From Selaginella moellendorffii (Eukaryota; Plantae; Lycopodiophyta), in the NCBI RefSeq assembly GCF_000143415.4, contig NW_003314551.1, positions 1 to 13,471 on the forward strand: a DNA stretch of 13,471 nt, given 5' to 3'. The first letter of the stretch is position 1, and every line of letters begins with the position of its first letter. Below are positions 6,903-13,471 of this stretch, one piece after another. The position numbers and the translations under genes are program-made. Under the pieces are notes generated by a model. The model had not been told where the DNA came from and searched no databases. It saw only the letters and a program-made list of their open reading frames with translations.

Positions 6903-9371
6903 ACTATACATTTGGAACCCCCCACATCCCCCCCCTCCCCCCCTGAGGAACACACGCTTTGGGCTTTCACCCCAAGCCTCCCTTAGTATTAAGAGTTAAT
7001 CTCTGGGACAAGCTTGAAACTTATTAAATATGGAATGTCCCTAGATTGCGAATTTGGACACGGGACGAACACCATTGTGTTCAGGATGATCTCTACATTT
7101 TGTAGATATGCCGAATGAGCAAATCTGGACACTTTCCATAAATAGCATTTAGGACCAAAATGAGACCAACACAAAGGGCATGATAGCGAGGGTGTTTGGT
7201 AGACACGGTAAAGTATCATGTAGCGATATTGAGGGACCAATCTCAATACCCAAGGGTTCATGTCAAGCCAGTGCAAGACAGAGCAAAAGAGAACTAAAAA
7301 GCCAGGCCAAGTATGCTTGGCTGAATAGACACTTAAGAATTCCGTCTTTATGCTCATCCGGCCAAGTACAGATGCAAAGTTCAATTTACTAACACTTTAA
7401 CAAGAGGGGCTGATAAAGGGTCCAGCAATACCAACCTCCTGCCATCGTGGCAGTAAGGTAAGAGTGTCCGTAAGGACTAGTCGACAAGTAACTTTTGATA
7501 CCCGAAGTCACATTCGCGACACTCTCCCCCCCAAGGAAGATCGACGTCCTCATCGATGCATACTCCAATGTAGAATACCGCCAAGGAAACAACTCCAGAA
7601 AAAGTTCACGGTACTCACACTATATGAGAAATGCACCAACTTAAATGAGTTAGGGGTAACCTCTTTGTCTAACATGGATGCGCTACTAGCTCAGACACCT
7701 TCCGGCCGTCGCCGACAAAGAAATGACCAACGGAGTCAGCCACCCTTGCTGCTTTGGGAGTCACCCAGCTTACAAAAGTGTGATATGCCCCTGCCTGCAG
7801 GGATATAGAGAGAGAAGCTAGAGGCCCCAACCCTCCTAAGCAAAGAAACCAAACCCATCGGTAAGGTTTAGATAGATTACTGTAAATAGGCAGTTAGAGT
7901 TGTTTACACGGTCATGCCTTTTTAATGGAATAAGGAACATCGACAAAAAGGCGGGTGATGTGAACAATCAACAGTAGCTACCCCATGACTAAAGATTTCA
8001 CCATGCACACAAAGTGCCGAAGCCAGTCTGCCCATTACTGGCCCAAACTCAAAGATCAATAGATGGATAATATCAAAGTCAGAGACAATGATATCTTAGA
8101 GACTTAATTATCAGTGAATATATTTAAGATTAGAACACAAAAGTATTCCAAATAAGTTATCATCCAATAAACTAGTAGTATAAGATAGGAACCACCAAGA
8201 TCACTATCATTGGAAAACATAGGATTCACTATCCAGCAAAATTCAATAGCCAACGTATCATCAAGAAAACTCAATGATAAAACTTAGTTACTAAAGATGG
8301 CAGACAGTATGCTAAACAACTTACGAAAAATAACTCAGAGAATACAAAGTATCATTGACTGACAAGCACAATGCTCGCGAATGTATCACCCAAAGGAAAT
8401 AACATCCCAACCTATTAGAACTAACTCGAGCAATAATCAACAGAACAGAATGAATGCAGGAAGACCAACAAACACCTATTCATGCCAACTATCACAGAAG
8501 CCAATCTAAATAGATCATAGTCAACAATACCAAGGAACTAGAGTTGCTCAAGCAAATGTCAGCAACATCCTATCAATATCTCAAACCCAAGAGATCAATC
8601 TAGAGCAAACCATAAAGAACATGTGGTATTACGAAAAGCCAAAAGCCATCAAAGAGAACAACCAACCATCATGAAAGATCATCAATCATCCCACCAATAA
8701 AGAGATGCATAATCATTGTTGAAGAAAGAATTTACCATCCCGAAGAACAGTGAATTATTCTATATCAACAACAATCAAACAAAACTTTTTGATAAAGACA
8801 ATAAACTATCCTAGATGATAGTCAATCATCACCAATGATTACTAGATGCCAGAGCTAACTTCAACATCGAAGTTAATAAGCTAAAAATGCCTTCCCCAAC
8901 AACTTCCAACAAATGGACCACAAACATGAAAACTCAAGGAAACAAAAGCTCAAAAAAGCTTATATCCAAGTCAGGCTTAACAATGATCACGAGTCTTGCA
9001 TGAACTAACTTCAATGCTAAGAAAAAAATCATGGTATAACCCATAACATCCTCCTCAATACATCCAAAAGCTAAACTTCATAATGCTAGAGCTAATAAAG
9101 AGCATATTTGCATCAATCCAAAAGCTAAACATAACAAAGTTATGCTCGACAAGTGATCACCAAACGATCCTCCATGAATCCATCTATAGCAAGACGTAAT
9201 TCACTTCATAACAAACACAGAAGAATCATCAATGATCAATATATTCCAACTCAAACCCAATAAAGATTCAAACATTCCAATATCGATCACTAACTCTTCC
9301 ACTTGTAGAGTTAGCATAGCTCACGACTAAATCACTTTTCAAGGAAAAGCCAAAGCTCAACCTTTACTAAA

Positions 9372-9658
9372 ATGCTTTATTTCGTTAAAGTGGAACTTTT
9401 CATTATCCCACTTATGGTGTGTGGCCACATGCCATTTTTATAACAACAATAAAAAATTAAAGTTTTAGCTTTATAATTTATAAATTAAAAACTTTTCATA
9501 TGATTTTGTGTTATAATATTGTGAAATATAAAAAATAAATTAAAAAACTGATAGAAATATTAATAAATATTAATTAAGTACTAGGAAATGGCATGTGGAC
9601 ACATGCTAATTAATGTCCCACTTTACTGAATAAGTTCCACTTTAACGAAATAAAGCAT
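9372..9658. mobile_element. MITE (287 bp) with perfect 27-bp TIRs and a 4-bp TAAA target-site duplication
   Basis: ATGCTTTATTTCGTTAAAGTGGAACTT at 9372-9398 and its exact reverse complement at 9632-9658; TAAA at 9368-9371 and 9659-9662; very AT-rich core. Confidence 0.9.
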
Positions 9659-10413
9659 TAAATAATCTTGTCTAGAATATAACTAACTCAAACTTGCCAC
9701 TCAGTTCATTTGAACGTCAACATAGTTGCTAACTAGCAAATGTATGAATGTTAATAACACAAAGCTATAGCCAAACCATCAACACTATCTTCATCAAGAC
9801 TAATGAAACTCAACATCAATCCTAAAGAGAGACAGCTCATTTCACTTGAATCTCAACATCAACAATGTCCATGATAAAGCATCACTTTAATGCCATCAAC
9901 ACTAGAACAAACTAGAAGAAAGCACGAGTGAATCAACACTTAAAACTTCCCTTAGAAGCTCTATTTCGTTAAAGTGGGATTTATTCAGTAAAATGGGACT
10001 AGGTACAAATTTTCAAGTATTTGAAAATGACGTGAAATTATATGTTTTTTGTCCAGGGGCTAGACATATCTGGGGCATGGTGGACGCCGATGCACACGAG
10101 TGGATATCTTTTTCTAACGAATCTAATTGTGAAGGTGTAGCAAGAGGCATTGCTAGTCTGGAGAAGTCATTTAACTCATTTGACCCTTAGTGTATTTTCA
10201 TGAAACTAAATAAGATTCATATTATTAAGGAATTTCTCTAGTACCTTTTTTTTACGACATAGAGGCTTGCATTTCTTTCAAAGGTGATTTAGTAAAAGGC
10301 CTGAGGGCACATGCCATTCTATTTCTCAGACCGGTATTAAGATATACTAGTGCAAAGGGAAAAAGGTATTTGGTGATCAAGTAAATGGCATGAGGGCACA
10401 CGCCATTATAAGC

Positions 10414-10671
10414 CTAAGCGCTAGTGGACACCTCCTTTTTGGTACTCTCAGCGGTACTATCATCCTTCTCCGGGTCAGTTGTTTTGCTTTGGATTGTTGT
10501 CTCTGACGTTACTGGGGCGTTCTCGATAGTTGTTAATGTTGCCGTTTGTTCAGAAAAATGATCACCTGGAGTATAGTACGGGGAGTTTGGAAGACTTATA
10601 TATTCTACATCTTCACCTATCTCCTTCTCCGTCTCCTTTTCTGCCTCACTTACAGATTTTGTGCTTGCCAT
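10414..10671 (-). CDS. Small acidic, Ser/Thr/Glu-rich ORF (85 aa from ATG at 10671) inside the transposon; unknown function or an exon
   Basis: MASTKSVSEAEKETEKEIGEDVEY...; protein-like composition in otherwise AT-rich flanks; same strand as the transposase. Confidence 0.3.
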   Translation of the reverse strand: MASTKSVSEAEKETEKEIGEDVEYISLPNSPYYTPGDHFSEQTATLTTIENAPVTSETTIQSKTTDPEKDDSTAESTKKEVSTSA

Positions 10672-10959
10672 GAGAACGCTCTTCACCCTAAAATATGGAG
10701 TTCGTTGTGTTATAAAAGGAAACCAACACACACGCTGCAAGGGAATGATGGTACATAAAGCACGTAAGCCCACAATATGGGTTTATGTGCCATTAATATG
10801 GGCCACACGCCATATTATTAGATTTATGCACGTGTGATTGGTAAATGCATATGTCACATCATCTTTGTTTTACCTCACACACTATATCAAGCCTCCTCTG
10901 ATTCAGATTCGGATTGTTCACCTTGAAATAAAATACATTAAAAACTTTGTAAAGGAATA

Positions 10960-13461
10960 TTAATGAATCTCACCTTGAACCCGAGTTATGAATGCTCTTG
11001 CTGCATCTCTTGCATGGTCTGGCAAGGTGATGGTGGCACTCTGCTTCCGCATCCAACCATGCACAACATTATCCACCGATATGCTCATGCTGGGATCCCT
11101 TGGATTCAGCACCCATCTCTTTTCTAGGCAATCCTTCGTATATCCGGAACTTGGCTTGAACCACTCCACAGTTACATTGAAGGAGTTAGTTTCCGCGTCC
11201 TCCTCTGCATCAGTGATGCAGCGCCCCACCCATATCATTTGTTTTTTATTACTGGGTCTGACAAGCACGACCATTCCTTTGCAGACCTGTACTGGATTGA
11301 ATGCTGAATCCGGCTTCTTGTTCCTCGGCCCACAATAGTGATCCTCAACATCGTTATCTGTCACTGCATTTCCAGAGGACATTGTTCCACTACTATCTGG
11401 TGCTCTGGGTTCTGGCCAAAAGGACTCTTCCAATTCTTCATATACAACCGGCCCATTTTGGATAGCAGATATAATCTTCTCCCAGTATTCGAGCAAAGGC
11501 TTGCACCTCTGAAAATAGGATTCTCCACCAAACACCAACCCCCTCTTCCAGAAGGCAATATGCTGTCTAATCCCGGCCACTATACTTTCCTGGTCTTTGA
11601 GTCCATCCGGGTGCATCGGCCGTGGGGAACCCTGAGGAATCATAGGTTCCCCAGTTATGGGATCTCTCTTGAAGAGTTCAATGCCGTCCACTGGCAGCCA
11701 CACTGTGTCCCATTCTCTCATCTTGTACCTCATCACTGGAGCACCGTCACACATGCTGAAATGAAACTGAAGAGGCTTGGAGTGGCCAATCAGCGTTTCG
11801 GATCCATCCCTGATGTAGCCTCTTACAAACCCCTTAAAGTCTGGAACCTCTGTCAGAAGTGCAGCTTCAACAGTGCCTTTGATGCAATTTTGGAATTCAT
11901 CGTAGAGTTGTGGGAGGGTGAGGACATTGGATCGCCGGAGGGACTCTGCCAGGTGACTGAACATGGCATCGACGTCTTCATGAGTGTGCCCAACCATGAG
12001 AAAGCCAAGTGTAACCGTTTCAAATATGCCTTTGGCAACAAGCATCGCCAAGTACGCGAAGACGTACATGTTTTTGTTCTCACTGCCAGCATTGTCTGTT
12101 TGGAGCAGAAGATGGGGTGGAAGGCCACATCGGCCGCAAGAACTTCCTTGAGATTCTGCTTCGTTTGGATGAGGCTGTGCATTCACCGGGCGACCAGCCT
12201 CGTCGGAATGGCATGAGGCCTCACGTGATAACCCTACAATCTGACGGCCAACATATTCACTGGGATGGCATGGGGCCCCACGCGATACTGCAAGCCTTTG
12301 CTCCTCCTCCAGCTGAACCCTGTATGGGGTTCGATCGACAAGGGCCTTATGCAAGGGTTGGCCGTTCAGCTCAGTCTGCGCACTTTGCAGAGACCTTAAG
12401 TGTTTTGCTAGGGACGCAATCATCATGTTTGCACCCCCGCCACCCCATAGAGGTACAAAGAAGTTCCCATAGTTCTGGGCACCATGCCCATGAGCGATTA
12501 TGCCAAACAGAGACACAGGCAGCTGCATGGATGAAGAGATTGCCTTGGGGGCAGGATTGAGTCGAGGTAAGCACGTCTTTTTCTGGTCCATTTTGTCGTG
12601 GATGATGCAGAGGTAAGAGTCAGGTCTCTCCATGGAGAGAATCCTGTTATGATAATATGCAGTCCTGCAGCTTCTCTGCTCGATGTTGTGGTCGAGCCGC
12701 CTTCTAACCAACGTCTCTCGCTCTTGAGCGCTGCAAGAATTCTTCGACAAAGCCATTTTGATAGCAGTGCACTCGTCACACTTTGAAAAGCTGGAGTACT
12801 TTCCTATACTCACATCCCTGAACCTGTTGCTCCACAATCTACTAAATCTAGATTGGCTCAGCTTCCTGTAGCCATTACTCTGGAGTTCCCGATTCACATC
12901 TTCCAATATGGCCCCCTTGGTATACATGGAAGGGAGAACTCGTTGGGTGTCTCGTGTTCCATCTTCCAAGAGGCGGGTTTTATGTGGTTGCTGCTCGCTA
13001 CATGTCTCGACAAACCTCTTGAAGATTGCCTCTCCATATACAACATGACCCCTAGTTTTGTGCGTACCGTCGTTCCCATGGACTGCCTGTTGAACCCTTT
13101 GTTCCTCGAACTCAGTTTTGATTCTGTAGAATGTGCTTCGAGGGACTCCATAAATGATTCTCCATGCCTTCATGCAGACCAAACCCCTCTGGAAGACCAT
13201 GCCCCCCACCTGATGTTCTGAAGCATCAACAGATGACCGTAATGCCTCATACACAAAATTGCGAGCTGCCTTCCAGGACAATGTCTTGTATCTTGCTCTC
13301 TCCTCTTCAATAGCATCCCAATCAGCATGTTGACAGCACCTCCTCTTGCAACAAGCAACTGTCGAGACCATTCGAACCTCCATCGCCATTTTCTGCCTTT
13401 TCGGTTCGTTGCTCAGATCCCTTTGGCTGCGCTTTAGGAAAGGTGTACTTTCTTTTCCCAT
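10960..13461 (-). CDS. DDD-type transposase, Sola-like (DUF7869-type), 833 aa or longer; frame is open to the window edge; possible terminal intron
   Basis: Cys/His motif FSKCDEC...H; candidate catalytic triad IIHDKMDQKKT / LLQTDNAGSENKN / FLMVGHTHEDVDAMFS; uninterrupted 2.5-kb ORF. Superfamily assignment is from motif recall. Confidence 0.82.
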   Translation of the reverse strand: MGKESTPFLKRSQRDLSNEPKRQKMAMEVRMVSTVACCKRRCCQHADWDAIEEERARYKTLSWKAARNFVYEALRSSVDASEHQVGGMVFQRGLVCMKAWRIIYGVPRSTFYRIKTEFEEQRVQQAVHGNDGTHKTRGHVVYGEAIFKRFVETCSEQQPHKTRLLEDGTRDTQRVLPSMYTKGAILEDVNRELQSNGYRKLSQSRFSRLWSNRFRDVSIGKYSSFSKCDECTAIKMALSKNSCSAQERETLVRRRLDHNIEQRSCRTAYYHNRILSMERPDSYLCIIHDKMDQKKTCLPRLNPAPKAISSSMQLPVSLFGIIAHGHGAQNYGNFFVPLWGGGGANMMIASLAKHLRSLQSAQTELNGQPLHKALVDRTPYRVQLEEEQRLAVSRGAPCHPSEYVGRQIVGLSREASCHSDEAGRPVNAQPHPNEAESQGSSCGRCGLPPHLLLQTDNAGSENKNMYVFAYLAMLVAKGIFETVTLGFLMVGHTHEDVDAMFSHLAESLRRSNVLTLPQLYDEFQNCIKGTVEAALLTEVPDFKGFVRGYIRDGSETLIGHSKPLQFHFSMCDGAPVMRYKMREWDTVWLPVDGIELFKRDPITGEPMIPQGSPRPMHPDGLKDQESIVAGIRQHIAFWKRGLVFGGESYFQRCKPLLEYWEKIISAIQNGPVVYEELEESFWPEPRAPDSSGTMSSGNAVTDNDVEDHYCGPRNKKPDSAFNPVQVCKGMVVLVRPSNKKQMIWVGRCITDAEEDAETNSFNVTVEWFKPSSGYTKDCLEKRWVLNPRDPSMSISVDNVVHGWMRKQSATITLPDHARDAARAFITRVQGEIH

Positions 13462-13471
13462 GAAGAGATGT

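Larger units (their letters stand above)
9956..13471 (-). mobile_element. Autonomous Sola-like DNA transposon (3' TIR at 9956-9999; 5' end beyond the window)
   Basis: 9956-9999 matches the reverse complement of the MITE end 9615-9658 at 39/44 nt and lies about 1 kb downstream of an intact transposase ORF. Confidence 0.75.

Noticed and set aside
6989-7808. Short ORFs of 67-131 aa in the flank
   Set aside because: No recognisable domains or consistent strand; cannot be supported as genes.
11338-12216. 292-aa plus-strand ORF and other short ORFs overlapping the transposase or gypsy
   Set aside because: Antisense shadows of real coding frames with no recognisable motifs.

Overview
Eukaryotic (plant-type) repeat-rich DNA with no ordinary host gene. 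Bases 1-6772 form one composite retro-element built on a tandem array of a Cassandra-type TRIM: a 194-bp LTR (TGTAAGC...GCTTACA) carrying a 5S rRNA A-box/IE/C-box segment, plus a 205-bp non-coding internal domain with a tRNA-iMet PBS and a PPT, giving a 399-bp period. Four foreign pieces interrupt the array: a sense 18S-3'/ITS1 fragment (707-~1400), an antisense 26S fragment (2175-2813), the 3' part of a different LTR with its PBS (2945-3544), and a stop-free, circularly permuted antisense piece of a Ty3/gypsy chromovirus-like gag-pol (4038-~6767). Both antisense inserts start at the same LTR base, and the junctions show microhomology. I infer template switching among co-packaged RNAs, which would make this gypsy family a candidate autonomous helper of Cassandra; an assembly chimera of high-copy repeats remains the main alternative. 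Bases 6773-9370 are unassigned, largely A/C-rich DNA. Then come a 287-bp MITE (9372-9658) and, about 300 bp further, the matching TIR and intact transposase ORF (minus strand) of a Sola-like DDD DNA transposon that runs off the window end.
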